Assembly (NCBI GenBank): GCA_964490075.1
Contig: CAZBBK010000030.1
Coordinates: 1-63,987 of the forward strand
Source of the DNA: an uncultured Gemmatimonadota bacterium
Lineage (GTDB): Bacteria; GCA-2686955
Direction: 5' to 3'
Length of the DNA stretch: 63,987 bases
In this document: one piece after another, positions 1 through 10,402 of the stretch
Layout: each line of letters starts with the position of its first letter
How positions within the stretch are numbered: the first letter of the stretch is position 1
Program-made: the position numbers and the translations under genes
Notes under the pieces: model-generated
Seen by the model: only the letters and a program-made list of their open reading frames with translations
Databases searched by the model: none
Told to the model about the DNA's origin: nothing

Positions 1-67
1 GACCAGCCGGGAGGGCTTTCCGCTGGTGCGGGAGCGGCCGCATGGGTGGTGAGAGCTCCGGAGCGTC

Positions 68-1969
68 CTAGTTCGTCACCCAAGTCCGATGCCAGGTCTC
101 GAACACCACCAGGCACCAGAACAGGTCCGTCAGGTCGCGTCGACCCGAGCTGTGCATCTTCCAGAGCGCCGCCATACGCGCCGGGTCGAGATAGCGAGCG
201 CTTCGGGAGTCGGGCGCCAGCAGCTCGTCCTCGATGCGCGGGCGCAGCTCGCCCCGCAGCCAGCTCGCGATCGGCGGTGAGAAACCCTGTTTCTTGCGGT
301 GCAAGGTCTCGTCCCCGACCCACGGCCGCGCGACCTCCTTGAGCATCGCCTTCGACTCCGCACCGGCGAGCCACCACTCGCTCGGACAGCGCGCGGCAAA
401 CTCCAGCAGCCGATGATCGAGAAAGGGCGAACGCACCTCGAGCGAATGGGCCATGCTGGCGCGGTCGACCTTGACCAGAATGTCCTCGGGCAGCCACAGA
501 CGCGAGTCGAGATGCTGGGCCCGCGACACCGGATCGCTCGTGCGACAGTCCTCGAGGGCGCGCAGGACCGGCTCGCCGGGATGGTAGCCATCGAGCTGCT
601 CGCGCAGCTCAGGCCGCAGGATCGATTCCAGTCCCACGAACTTGAGACGGTCGGCCGAGTGCGCCAGAGCCCGGGCCGGCGGCAAGCTGAGGTTGGTGAG
701 CAGGGTCTTGGCGCGCAGCACCCGCGGCAGCCAGTCGCCCTTCGGCGCCAGCCACGCCAGCGCCCCGAAGCCGAGACCGCGCAGCGGCGCCGGCAGCAGC
801 CTGCGCAATCGCTCTTCGACGCGCTCGAAGCGATAGTGACGGTAGCCGGCGAAGGCCTCGTCGCCACCGTCGCCCGAGAGCGCGACCGTCACCCGCTGGC
901 GCGCCATCTGGCAGAGATAGTAGGTGGGCACCGCCGAGGCGTCCCCGAAGGGCTCATCGAAATGCCAGCAGATGCGCTCCAGCGCCTCCAACGCGTCGGG
1001 TCGCACCACCATCTCCGACGCCTCGATCCCCAGCCGCCGCGCGAAGGCGCGCGCCGCCGGCAGCTCGTCGAGCTCCGCCGCTTCGAAGCCGACCGACGCG
1101 GTGTGCACCGGCGTTTTCGAGACCCGCGCCATCAGCGCCACCACCGTGGAGCTGTCGACCCCCCCGGAGAGGAAGGCGCCCAGCGGCACGTCGCTCTCCA
1201 GGCGCGCGGCCACCGCCTCTTCCAGGCGCCCGATCAGCTCCTCTTTGGCCCGCTTCCGCCCCGCCCGATCAGCGGCCTCCCAGGCCGGCTCGAAGCGCAG
1301 CGACCAGTAGCGCCGCTGCGTCCTGCCCTCCGCCCCCACCTCCAGAAAAGTCCCGGGGGTCAGCTTGCGGATTCCCGCGAAGATCGCGCGCGGGGCCGGC
1401 ACGTAGCCGTAGCTGAGATAGTCCGCCAGGGCCGGGAGGTCGACCTCGCGCGACACCTCCGGATCGGCCAAGAGCGCCTTCAGCTCCGATGCGAAGAGCA
1501 GCCTCCCGCCTCCCTCCCACAGATAGAGCGGCTTCTTGCCGACCCGATCGCGCCCCAGCACCAGCCGCCGGCGGCGGCGGTCCCAGATCGCCAGTGCGAA
1601 CATCCCCAGCAAATCCCCGAAAAGCTCCGTGCCCCGCTCCTGGTACTGGTAAAGGACCGACTCGGTGTCGGAACGGCCGCGATAGCGATGGCCGCGAGCC
1701 TCCAGATCGCGGCGCAGCTCGCGATGGTTGTAGATCTCGCCGTTGAAGACGAGATGCACCGAGCCGTCGGCGTTCGCCATCGGTTGGCGCCCGTGTCGCG
1801 ACAGATCGAGGATCTCGAGGCGCCGAAAGCCGAGCGCGACCCCGCCCTCGACGTGGACCCCGGCATCGTCGGGGCCGCGGTGCTCGAGGCTCGCCACCAT
1901 CGCTTCGAGCACGCCTTCGTCGAAGACCTTCCCGCCATCGAATCGCACGCCACCGCAGATCCCGCACAT
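68..1969 (-). CDS. asnB: Asparagine synthase (glutamine-hydrolysing) family amidotransferase
   Basis: N-terminal MCGI Ntn-Cys, HRGPD, FNGEIYN, GAFLSGGVDSS, LSGDGGDE, KVDRASMAHSLEVRSPFLD. Confidence 0.95.
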   Translation of the reverse strand: MCGICGGVRFDGGKVFDEGVLEAMVASLEHRGPDDAGVHVEGGVALGFRRLEILDLSRHGRQPMANADGSVHLVFNGEIYNHRELRRDLEARGHRYRGRSDTESVLYQYQERGTELFGDLLGMFALAIWDRRRRRLVLGRDRVGKKPLYLWEGGGRLLFASELKALLADPEVSREVDLPALADYLSYGYVPAPRAIFAGIRKLTPGTFLEVGAEGRTQRRYWSLRFEPAWEAADRAGRKRAKEELIGRLEEAVAARLESDVPLGAFLSGGVDSSTVVALMARVSKTPVHTASVGFEAAELDELPAARAFARRLGIEASEMVVRPDALEALERICWHFDEPFGDASAVPTYYLCQMARQRVTVALSGDGGDEAFAGYRHYRFERVEERLRRLLPAPLRGLGFGALAWLAPKGDWLPRVLRAKTLLTNLSLPPARALAHSADRLKFVGLESILRPELREQLDGYHPGEPVLRALEDCRTSDPVSRAQHLDSRLWLPEDILVKVDRASMAHSLEVRSPFLDHRLLEFAARCPSEWWLAGAESKAMLKEVARPWVGDETLHRKKQGFSPPIASWLRGELRPRIEDELLAPDSRSARYLDPARMAALWKMHSSGRRDLTDLFWCLVVFETWHRTWVTN

Positions 1970-1994
1970 CGGTCAGCTTCGTCTCGCCGGAGCG

Positions 1995-2993
1995 TCAGGA
2001 AGCGGCAGGGCTCTCATCATCGGCGAGCATACCCGGGCCGCGCGCCGCGAGCGCGATTCCAGAACGGGGCGCCAGGCGCTCGGCGATCCAGCCCGCCGCG
2101 CACACCAGGGGAACAAAGTCGACGTCGATGCGATAGCGGGGCAGCAGGAAGACCATCCAGAGGAGCTGCTGGCGGGGATCGCCCAGTCCGCGTCGTATCC
2201 AGTACTGGAAGCCAACCAGCAGCGCCACCAGCGAGGGCAGCCAGGTCGGCCACAGCCTGGCGCCGGCGTGGGTGATGTCGGCAACCAGGAAGTAGTAAGA
2301 CTTGAGCGTGAGCAGGCGCAGCTCGTGCCTGGGGTTTTCGATCATGTGGCGGGTCGCCATCTCGGTCTGTCGGTCGCGCGCCATCAGCTCGTCGACCGGT
2401 GCCGAATAGCTCAGCGAGTCGAGAAAAGTGTCGCTGGGACAAGGAGTCGACCGGTGGGGATCGAGCTTGGCCGCGGGCCACGGATCCCGCCCTGTACCGG
2501 AGGCATTTGCGTGATGTCCACGGAGTAGATTGTACCCACCCGATGTGCCCAGGACGAAGGAGTCGAAGACCTGGTAGTTCCGAGCGATCCACGGCGCCAT
2601 CGGGATCGAGAACGACACCAGAAACGCCGCGATCAGACCAAGAGCCGGACGTCCACCTCGGACCTCTCCTCGCAGCAGGTAGTAGGCGATCGGCACGCCG
2701 AAGAGAATCGCCTCGAAACGGAAGTTCCCCAACACGCTCAAGACGGCCCCGCAGAGCAGCGCCTTTCTCGTGCCTCCCCCGCCCGGAGCCAGCGCCACCC
2801 AATTGCGAGCGATCCGGCCGAACTCCCAGAGCAGCGGACGGCCCAGATCGGCATAGACGAGCAGTAGGTGCGCACGCATGCAAGCAACGGCCACGACCGC
2901 GATCGCCACCCAAACTGGTCGAACACACATCTTCTCGAAGCGAATCCGGCGAGAGGCTCCGTCCGCGGATCCCGGAGGCAAAGAGAGAGGCAA
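1995..2993 (-). pseudogene. ArnT/GT39-like integral membrane glycosyltransferase, apparently internally deleted; true start probably near ATG 2930
   Basis: Hydrophobic segments with EFGRIARNW, PWIARNY..F...GTSGGYNLLRG and LPRYR motifs typical of this family, but much shorter, with the central TM bundle missing. Confidence 0.5.
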
Positions 2994-3050
2994 AGGTCAC
3001 GCCACGTTGCCCCGGCCCCGGGCGACAAGTCCCGCCTCGACCGGCTCGAT

Positions 3051-4307
3051 TCAGCCCACGCCGCTCTTCCGCAGCAACACCACCCGATTGGTGTTGGTCC
3101 CCTTGCAGTTGTTCACCACGCCCCAGCAGTTCGCCGTCTTGGTGAATTGCTGAGCGTGGACCGCGATCGCGACACATTCGAATCCGCGCTCGATCCCCAG
3201 CGGCGCGACCACCTCGTCGAGCGCGAGCGCGCCGCCGCGCACCTCGCCCACCTCGAAGGCGACCCAGCCCCCGGGGCGCGTCACGCGGTGGAGCTCGCCG
3301 AGGACGGCCGCCATCGCCCGCGCCCAATCGTCCAGCTTGCGCGGCGTGGTCAGGCGTGCGCGCACCGCCTCGGCGTCGATCTCGGCGAACCAGCAGCGCA
3401 GCCAGTTGTCCTTGGCGTAGTCGACCACGTCGACGAAGGGGGGCGAGGTGACGGTCAGCGCCACCGAGCCATCGTCCAGGGCCGCGAGGCGCCGCGCCGG
3501 CCCGACCGTGAAGCGGGCGCGATCTCTGACCTCCGCCAATCGCGCACGCTCGGTGTCGCACAGATTGCGCAGCAACGATTTCGACTTGCGCAGGATGATT
3601 CCCGCCACGTCACGCGGCGGCGGCTCCTGCCCGCGCCGTCGATTCAGCTCGCGCTGCTTCGCGGCGCTCACCGCCTGGTTCGGCGGCATGGTGTAGACCG
3701 AGAAGAAGCCGCTGGAATGGCCGCTGAGGCGATTGATCGCGACCAGGCGGATCCAGCGATCGATCGAATCCTCTCGCCCCGCCGCACGCCGCTCGCGGAG
3801 GCAGCGACGCAGCGCAGTGATCCGGTCGAGGGTATCGGGGTGGTAGAACATCGACAGATCGATCCCCGGATCCTCCGTCTCTTCCCAGGGGATCTCGTCC
3901 AGGCGCTTCGCGATCTCCTCCAGAACCGGCGGCTCCAGGCGCGGCACCACCAGCAGAGGACTGAGCGGGTTCAGGTCGTTGCCCAGCGGCACCCGCCCGC
4001 GCAGCGCCGCTTCGATCGCCGTCGTCCCCCGTCCCAGGAAAGGATCGAGCACCCGCTCGCCCGCGGTCGTCAATCGCTCGATGAAGAAGGCCGGCAGCTC
4101 GGCCTTGAAGCAGGCTCGGTAGGAGATCTCGTGCAGCGAATGCCCCTGGCGCTGGCGCGCGGTCCAGAGCTCGTTGGAGATCCGCGGGACGACCAAGCCC
4201 CCCACCTCGATCGGCTCGAGGCGCGCACGCGCGATCGCCCGCCCGCCCGCGGCGCGCAGGTCGAAGTCGCGCAGTGCATCGACCATCGCTTCTGAGGTCG
4301 CGATCAC
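3051..4307 (-). CDS. Orphan site-specific DNA methyltransferase (amino-MTase, probably m4C, alpha-type motif order)
   Basis: Motif I LDPFLGRGTT precedes motif IV VTSPPF; no adjacent endonuclease gene. Confidence 0.85.
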   Translation of the reverse strand: MIATSEAMVDALRDFDLRAAGGRAIARARLEPIEVGGLVVPRISNELWTARQRQGHSLHEISYRACFKAELPAFFIERLTTAGERVLDPFLGRGTTAIEAALRGRVPLGNDLNPLSPLLVVPRLEPPVLEEIAKRLDEIPWEETEDPGIDLSMFYHPDTLDRITALRRCLRERRAAGREDSIDRWIRLVAINRLSGHSSGFFSVYTMPPNQAVSAAKQRELNRRRGQEPPPRDVAGIILRKSKSLLRNLCDTERARLAEVRDRARFTVGPARRLAALDDGSVALTVTSPPFVDVVDYAKDNWLRCWFAEIDAEAVRARLTTPRKLDDWARAMAAVLGELHRVTRPGGWVAFEVGEVRGGALALDEVVAPLGIERGFECVAIAVHAQQFTKTANCWGVVNNCKGTNTNRVVLLRKSGVG

Positions 4308-4470
4308 GTTGGTTGCTCTCTCGTCGGTTGGTGGCCTCTTCGGTCGCGGGGGATTTCGATCCTAGCATCCGTCCCCCCGGCCTGAGGTTTCCGCCGCAAC
4401 GGTCGATCAACCGAGCAGGAGGGTCGCGTCCGGCGGCCCCCGCGATGCGCATCCTGACCGGGAAACGACC

Positions 4471-5301
4471 ATGTTCGAGCACCACGCCGCCGCGGCGCCG
4501 GCGACGACGTCTCTCAGCAGCGCGATCCTGGACGCGCTGGAGCACGCCTTCCACGTGCAGGGCGGCCAACTGATCCCACGCGACCGCGGCCTGCGCAACC
4601 TCTGCCAGCGGGTGGCCGGCATGGGCTCGGAGGCCACCGCGCGTCTGATCAACCTCATCGCCGCGACCATTGGGCGCGGCATCTACGCCGAAGTCGGAAG
4701 CTACCGCGGCCGCTCACTGACCGCCGCGGCCCACGGCAACTCCCTCACCTGCCTCGGGATCGACAACTTCTGCCAGTTCGACAACGGCCAGAACGAGCCG
4801 GCCTTGCGCCAGGCGATCGCGCCCTACCCGAACATCCACTTCATCAACGGTGACTACCGCCAGGTCTTCGCCGCACCGCCCGCCCTGCTGCAAGAGCCGG
4901 GCATCGGCTTCTACTTCTACGACGGGCACCACAGCGCCGAGAACCAGTGGATGGGGCTGGAGGCAGCGCGCCCCTTCCTGCTCGATCCGGGGGTGATTCT
5001 GGTCGACGACGTCAACCTGCCGCACGTCCTCACCTCGACGCTGCAGTGGGCCGTGCCCAATGGATTCTCGCCGCTGCTCTATCTGAAGAGCCCGAGCCGC
5101 GCCCATCAGACCTGGGGCAACGGCGTGCTGGTGCTGATCTCCGAGACCGTCGATCATCGGCACGCCGCGCGCGTTCAGCAGACCCTCGAAGAGCTGACCG
5201 GCCAGGTCGACCCGCGCCTGCGCATCGACTACCGGAACGGCTCGCTCTACCTGCTCGAGGACGCGCAGAAAATGACCGGGCGCAGGGTGGCGAGCGTGTA
5301 G
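4471..5301 (+). CDS. Class I SAM-dependent methyltransferase (Methyltransf_24-like)
   Basis: YAEVGSYRGRS, GIDNF, FYFYDGHHS, GVILVDD. Confidence 0.8.
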   Translation: MFEHHAAAAPATTSLSSAILDALEHAFHVQGGQLIPRDRGLRNLCQRVAGMGSEATARLINLIAATIGRGIYAEVGSYRGRSLTAAAHGNSLTCLGIDNFCQFDNGQNEPALRQAIAPYPNIHFINGDYRQVFAAPPALLQEPGIGFYFYDGHHSAENQWMGLEAARPFLLDPGVILVDDVNLPHVLTSTLQWAVPNGFSPLLYLKSPSRAHQTWGNGVLVLISETVDHRHAARVQQTLEELTGQVDPRLRIDYRNGSLYLLEDAQKMTGRRVASV

Positions 5302-5383
5302 GTCTGGCAGGCGACTCCGATATACTCCCGGAGCCAGGAGCCCCCATGCCGACCCCCCTCGCCCGCCCCGCTTCCCCACGCCC

Positions 5384-6820
5384 ATGAGCAGCGCGCCGCC
5401 CTCGTGGGTCGCCGACGCCGTCTTCTACCAGATCTTCCCCGATCGCTTCGCGCGCTCCGGCCGGGCCGAGCAACCCCCCGGCCTCGAGGACTGGGACACA
5501 GCGCCCACCACGCACGGCTACAAGGGGGGCGATCTCTACGGCGTCGCCGACCGGCTCGACTGGATCGAGGAGCTCGGCGCATCCGCCCTCTACCTCAATC
5601 CGATCTTCCAGTCGGCCTGCAACCACCGCTACCACCCCTACGACTATCACCGGGTCGACCCCTTGCTGGGCGGCGACGCGGCCTTCGATCAGCTGCTCGC
5701 AGCTTGCCGAAAGCGCGGCCTCCGACTGGTCCTCGACGGCGTCTTCAACCACGCCAGCCGCGGCTTCTTCCCTTTCCATGACGTGCTCGAAAACGGCTCC
5801 GCCTCGCCGTGGCGCGACTGGTTCACCATCGAGCGCTGGCCGGTGCGTGCCTACGGCCGCCGTCGCGCCCGCGACTACACCGCCTGGCAGGGGCTGCCGG
5901 CGCTGCCGAAGCTCAACACCGACCATCCCGAGGTGCGCGAGTTCATCATGGGCGTCGGCGAGCACTGGACCCGCAAGGGGATCGACGGTTGGCGACTCGA
6001 CGTTCCGACCGAGATCACGACACCGGGCTTCTGGGAGGAGTTCCGTCAGCGCGTGAGAGCAATCAACCCCGAGTGTTGGATCGTCGGCGAGATCTGGCAC
6101 GACGCATCGGAGTGGGTGAATCGCGGCGACCGATTCGACGGCACGATGAACTACCTGCTGACCGAGGCGATCCTGCGCTTCGTGCTGGGGGACAGGATCC
6201 GGCACGAGGTCGTCGCCCAATGCGGCTACCGGGTGGACAAGGCGCTTGATGCGGCAGGTTTCGGCGCGGCGCTCAGGCGATTGTCGAGACGCTACACCCC
6301 GGCTGCGCTGCGCGCCAACCTGAACCTGCTGGGCTCTCACGACACTCCGCGGATGTTCACGGTGGCCAACGAAGACCAGGAATCTACGACATTATTGTAT
6401 CTGCTGCTCTTCGCGTTTCCGGGGGCACCCTGCATCTACTACGGAGACGAGATCGGACTCCGCGGGGGTCACGATCCCGACTGTCGCGCGACCTTTCCCT
6501 GGCACGATCCACAGCGCTGGAATCGTCGCGTATTGGCCGAGCTCCGCTCTCTGACACGGCTGCGGAAGAAGCTCAAGGCCCTGCGCTCCGCATGCGTCTC
6601 CATCTTGCGCAGCAACACTGAGATGGTCCACCTGGCGCTGCACGGATGCGACTCCGAGGGCTTCGCCCTGGTGGCCGTCAACGCCGGCCAGGATCGAGCG
6701 CATGTGTCGCTTGCCGGCGACACACGCGACAGAATAGCGGGAGACCTGAAGTTCGGCGCCGGTCGGATCGCCGGCGAGGGATTGGAGCTGTCGCCGCGCA
6801 GCGGATCGATCTGGGTGTAG
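5384..6820 (+). CDS. Glycoside hydrolase family 13 (neopullulanase/cyclomaltodextrinase-like)
   Basis: FYQIFPDRF, LDGVFNH, catalytic GWRLDV, IVGEIW, LGSHDT, GAPCIYYGDE. Confidence 0.92.
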   Translation: MSSAPPSWVADAVFYQIFPDRFARSGRAEQPPGLEDWDTAPTTHGYKGGDLYGVADRLDWIEELGASALYLNPIFQSACNHRYHPYDYHRVDPLLGGDAAFDQLLAACRKRGLRLVLDGVFNHASRGFFPFHDVLENGSASPWRDWFTIERWPVRAYGRRRARDYTAWQGLPALPKLNTDHPEVREFIMGVGEHWTRKGIDGWRLDVPTEITTPGFWEEFRQRVRAINPECWIVGEIWHDASEWVNRGDRFDGTMNYLLTEAILRFVLGDRIRHEVVAQCGYRVDKALDAAGFGAALRRLSRRYTPAALRANLNLLGSHDTPRMFTVANEDQESTTLLYLLLFAFPGAPCIYYGDEIGLRGGHDPDCRATFPWHDPQRWNRRVLAELRSLTRLRKKLKALRSACVSILRSNTEMVHLALHGCDSEGFALVAVNAGQDRAHVSLAGDTRDRIAGDLKFGAGRIAGEGLELSPRSGSIWV

Positions 6821-6821
6821 C

Positions 6822-7652
6822 GTGGACAGCGCTCTGGCAACGCTGATCCGCGTGCTCCATGCGCTGGAGCGGGTGGCCGCGACCAGCCTGGTATGGCCCG
6901 AGGGGCTGCTGAATCCCGGTGGCCCGCATCGGCGCCTCGACGGCCATCTCTATCCGATCTCGATCGGCGACGACGAGTGTCTCGTGTTCGGCAAGCTGAT
7001 AGAAGCGCTGCGACCACAGCACTGCTTCATCATCGGCAACGCTTTCGGCCTCTCGTCGGCCTACATCGCCTGCATGATGCGCGACCACGGCGGGCGCTCG
7101 GTGACGACCCTGGACGACCGCTCGGAAGGAGAGGGCGTGCTGATCGCCGAGGTGGCCCAGAGCCTGGCCGGCCAGCTGCAGCTCGACTCGATCCTCGAAA
7201 ACGTGCACGGCCGCGCGCCGGGCGATATCCCGGTGGCGGCGAAGCAGCCCAGCTACCAGCTGATCTTCGTCGACGGGCTGCACCGGCACCCACAGGTGAC
7301 CCGCGATTTTCGCGGCATGCTGCCCTACTGCGCGGCCGATACCGTGATCGTCTTTCACGACAGCTGGATCATCGGCGTTCCCGAGGCGGTGCGGGAGGCG
7401 AAAGAGCGCGGCATGTACTGTTGGTGGGTCCCGACCTCGTGCGAGATGATCCTGGTGACGGCGAAGCGCTCGCTCTTCGCGGAGCTCCAACGGCTCTTTC
7501 CCCAGGGCGTCGAGGACCGCGGCCGTCGCAGCTACCTCTATGGCTACCTGCTCCACCTGCGCGAAGTGGCGTCGTTTTGGATCGGGCGGCTGAGCCGATC
7601 GCTCCACCGCCGCCGCCGCGAACGCGCGACTACTCGATCACCCAGACCGTGA
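6822..7652 (+). CDS. Class I SAM-dependent methyltransferase (Methyltransf_24-like)
   Basis: IIGNAFGLSS, LIFVDGLH, VIVFHD; GTG start 1 nt after the GH13 stop. Confidence 0.7.
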   Translation: MDSALATLIRVLHALERVAATSLVWPEGLLNPGGPHRRLDGHLYPISIGDDECLVFGKLIEALRPQHCFIIGNAFGLSSAYIACMMRDHGGRSVTTLDDRSEGEGVLIAEVAQSLAGQLQLDSILENVHGRAPGDIPVAAKQPSYQLIFVDGLHRHPQVTRDFRGMLPYCAADTVIVFHDSWIIGVPEAVREAKERGMYCWWVPTSCEMILVTAKRSLFAELQRLFPQGVEDRGRRSYLYGYLLHLREVASFWIGRLSRSLHRRRRERATTRSPRP

Positions 7653-8130
7653 GTCCGCGCGCCCGGCGCACCAGCTCGTCGGCGATGTGGCGGTGGAAGA
7701 GCTCGCGGTACCACGGGTGGGCGCCACGCCCGACGGCGATGGTGCGATAGTCGCCGCCGCGCGCCGCATCGAGCAGCACCTGGGCCACGTGCTCCTCGGG
7801 CACCGGCGAGCGCAGGAGCGCGTCGACGCCCGCGCTCGGAAACCCCGCCTCGCGAATCACCTGGCGCATCTTGGCGACGATCGGCTTCGCCTCCTCGCGC
7901 GCCCGGCGCTCCCAGCTGCTCTCGTCTTCCTCGATCAGGCTCGGATGCTGCGCCGATCGCAGCGGCGCCGTGATCGCGTGGCTCTCGAGTAGCAGAGGCG
8001 GGATCGGCGGCAGCACATGGATCAGGCCGATGCGGGCCCGAGGATGCTCCGAGAGAATGCCCGCCACGTAGGCGGCCGCGCGGACCGACGCCTCGGAGTC
8101 GTCGACCGCGAGCAAGATCCTGTCGAACAT
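7630..8130 (-). CDS. Universal stress protein
   Basis: MFDRILLAVDDSEAS...IAVGRG...IADELVRRA..TVWVI; AAGGAAGGAG RBS upstream of ATG 8130. Confidence 0.9.
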   Translation of the reverse strand: MFDRILLAVDDSEASVRAAAYVAGILSEHPRARIGLIHVLPPIPPLLLESHAITAPLRSAQHPSLIEEDESSWERRAREEAKPIVAKMRQVIREAGFPSAGVDALLRSPVPEEHVAQVLLDAARGGDYRTIAVGRGAHPWYRELFHRHIADELVRRARGLTVWVIE

Positions 8131-8281
8131 CGCGGCGGCTCCTTCCTTGTACACAATCTAGTTCAAGAGCAGGACGCAGTCAGTTCACGCAGCGATTCGC
8201 CGCATCTCCATCGACCGCGCGCGGTAGGGTTTCGGGCCAGGATCGAGATGCTCCATACCCACCGGCAAGCGAGGTGAACCG

Positions 8282-9202
8282 ATGCCCGGCACTGTTTCTT
8301 GGCTCATCGCCCTGGTCGCGATCGGCGGCGGCCCGGCGACCGCCGACCCGATCGATGAAGATGCACAGGAGCGCGCCGCCCTCATGGCGCGCTTCGAGGG
8401 CGACCCCCAGTATGCGGGACGCAGCGCCTTCCTGGGGCACATCGCCCGCATGGTCGATCACGAGCGCCATCCGCTCGATGTCGACGAGCGGGTGGCGGCG
8501 CGCCTGGGCGACAACGGACGCCTGGCCGCCCGTTCCAGCTACCAGGATCTGACCGACTACTTCCAGGCCTGCGCCGACGACAGTTTGACGATGCTGCGCT
8601 CGATGGGCGCCATCGCCTCGCTGGCACGCTACAGCGAGACGCTGATCTACATGGACGGCCACACGGTTCAGCGCGCCATGTCCGACCTCGGGTTGACCCC
8701 CGGGTTGGCGCTGCCGATCGAACACTTGCGGCTCTTCGCCTACATTCCCCACCCCGAGCGCGCGGCGGCCGACTCGGCCTATATGTGCGACATCCTCGCC
8801 GTCTTCGACACCCAGTACAAGCACCGCTTTCAAAAGGAGGTGCTGAACGCCAACCTGAAGGTCGGCACCGGAGAGACGGCGCCCTTCGTCGACATCTTCA
8901 CGGGCGACGCCCGCGAGTGGACCGGCTACCTGGTGCAAGGGATCATCGCCAAGAGCTCGGACCACGTCGGGTTCATGGAGGTGAGCGGCATCGGCGGCGA
9001 GAAGCGGGGGCTGATGGGCTTCATGCAGAAGGTGCTCTTTTTCTTGCCCGACGCCATCGATGCCATGACCCTGGACGACGCCGGGACCATGACCACCGTG
9101 GCCTTGATCGACGAGCGCATCGAGCACTTCGAGACAATGCGCAGGTATCAGGTGCATCGCATCGGCGAAATGAGCTGGGAACAGACCTCGCCTCCGCGTT
9201 AG
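8282..9202 (+). CDS. Hypothetical secreted protein
   Basis: GAGGTG RBS, signal-peptide-like N-terminus, high-GC3 codon pattern; no family recognised. Confidence 0.7.
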   Translation: MPGTVSWLIALVAIGGGPATADPIDEDAQERAALMARFEGDPQYAGRSAFLGHIARMVDHERHPLDVDERVAARLGDNGRLAARSSYQDLTDYFQACADDSLTMLRSMGAIASLARYSETLIYMDGHTVQRAMSDLGLTPGLALPIEHLRLFAYIPHPERAAADSAYMCDILAVFDTQYKHRFQKEVLNANLKVGTGETAPFVDIFTGDAREWTGYLVQGIIAKSSDHVGFMEVSGIGGEKRGLMGFMQKVLFFLPDAIDAMTLDDAGTMTTVALIDERIEHFETMRRYQVHRIGEMSWEQTSPPR

Positions 9203-9222
9203 GAAGTCGCCGCCCCCTCGCC

Positions 9223-9840
9223 ATGTCCAAATCCCGACCCGACTCCCCTTCCGCGGAACCGAGCGACGCGGAGCTGGTGGAGCAAACGCTGCGCGGATCG
9301 CAGGCGGCGTTCGGCGTTTTGGTGCGGCGCTACGAGCGGCCGGTCTTTTCGGTGGTGGTGCGCATCGTGCGCGATCCGGAGCTCAGCGCCGACATCTGCC
9401 AGGAGGCTTTCGTGCGCGCCTATCGCTTCCTCAGCAGCTTCGATCCGCGCTACCGCTTTTCGAGCTGGATCTTCCGCATCGCCCACAACGTGGCGGTCGA
9501 TCATCTGCGGCGGCGACGCATCGCCACGGTGTCGCTCGACAGCGCCGCCGAGCCGGGGGGCGCGACGCTGGCGGAGTTTCTCGAGGACGAGCGCGGCGAA
9601 GCTCCGTCGCGCGCGGTCGAGAGGGCGAATCTGGCGGGTGCGCTGGAGCAGGCGCTGGCCGGCCTGCGGCCTGATTACCGCGAAGTCCTGCTGCTCCGCT
9701 TTCAGCAGGACCTGAGCTACTCTGAGATCGCTCAGGTCACGGGGTTGCCCCTGGGAACCGTGAAGACCTACCTGCACCGCGGCAGGAAAGCGATGGCGGC
9801 GCTGATGCGCGATCGCGGCTGGGAGCCTGATGCGCCATGA
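9223..9840 (+). CDS. ECF RNA polymerase sigma-70 factor (SigW-like)
   Basis: DAELV...AFGVLVRRY, DICQEAF, FSSWIFRIAHNVAVDHLRR, LSYSEIA...LGTVKTYLHRGR; start at ATG 9223 within the longer track ORF. Confidence 0.93.
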   Translation: MSKSRPDSPSAEPSDAELVEQTLRGSQAAFGVLVRRYERPVFSVVVRIVRDPELSADICQEAFVRAYRFLSSFDPRYRFSSWIFRIAHNVAVDHLRRRRIATVSLDSAAEPGGATLAEFLEDERGEAPSRAVERANLAGALEQALAGLRPDYREVLLLRFQQDLSYSEIAQVTGLPLGTVKTYLHRGRKAMAALMRDRGWEPDAP

Positions 9841-9864
9841 AACCGACGTCCGCGGGCTTCCGTA
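9838..9864 (+). promoter_or_regulatory. SigW-type ECF promoter (TGAAAC-N17-CGTA) upstream of the anti-sigma gene
   Basis: TGAAAC 9838-9843 overlaps the sigma stop codon; CGTA at 9861-9864; next ATG at 9884. Confidence 0.6.
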
Positions 9865-9883
9865 GGGTGGTCGGAGAGAGTCG

Positions 9884-10402
9884 ATGTCCAATTCCCCGTT
9901 CCCTCGAGTCGTGAAGGCCTGGCTGGCCGCGGAATCCGGCGGCCGAGAGGGCGACGCCGAGCGGCTGTTTCGCTCGGTCGCCGCTGCGCTGCCCGAGATC
10001 GCCCCGCCGCCCGGTTTCAGCGCCCGGGTGATGGCGGCCGTGGCGGTCGATCGGGCATCGCTCTTCACGAGGTCGTGGGCCAAGGCCTCGGTCGCCGCCG
10101 GCCTCTTCTGGGTCGCTTTGCTGGCCTGGTCGATCCAGCTCGCCGCGGCGCTGGGCCGTCCGCTCGACGCCGCCGACGTGGTGCACGGCATCGCCCGCGC
10201 CTGGGTGGGACTCGGTCTGGCGCTGCGTGAAGCCGCGGGAGTCCTCTCGATCGTCCGTTCCGCCTCCGACGCCTTCCGGAGCGTCGCGCTGAGCCCCGAG
10301 GGTGCGCTGATCTGCGGCGCGACCGTCCTGCTCGGCGCGGCGTCGCTGCTGGCGCTGCAACGGCTGCTCGAGAACGGGTCGCGAAGGGGGATGGGACTAT
10401 GA
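9884..10402 (+). CDS. Putative membrane anti-sigma factor
   Basis: Follows the ECF sigma gene; APPPGFSARVMAAV linker typical of anti-sigma factors, then TM helices. Confidence 0.65.
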   Translation: MSNSPFPRVVKAWLAAESGGREGDAERLFRSVAAALPEIAPPPGFSARVMAAVAVDRASLFTRSWAKASVAAGLFWVALLAWSIQLAAALGRPLDAADVVHGIARAWVGLGLALREAAGVLSIVRSASDAFRSVALSPEGALICGATVLLGAASLLALQRLLENGSRRGMGL

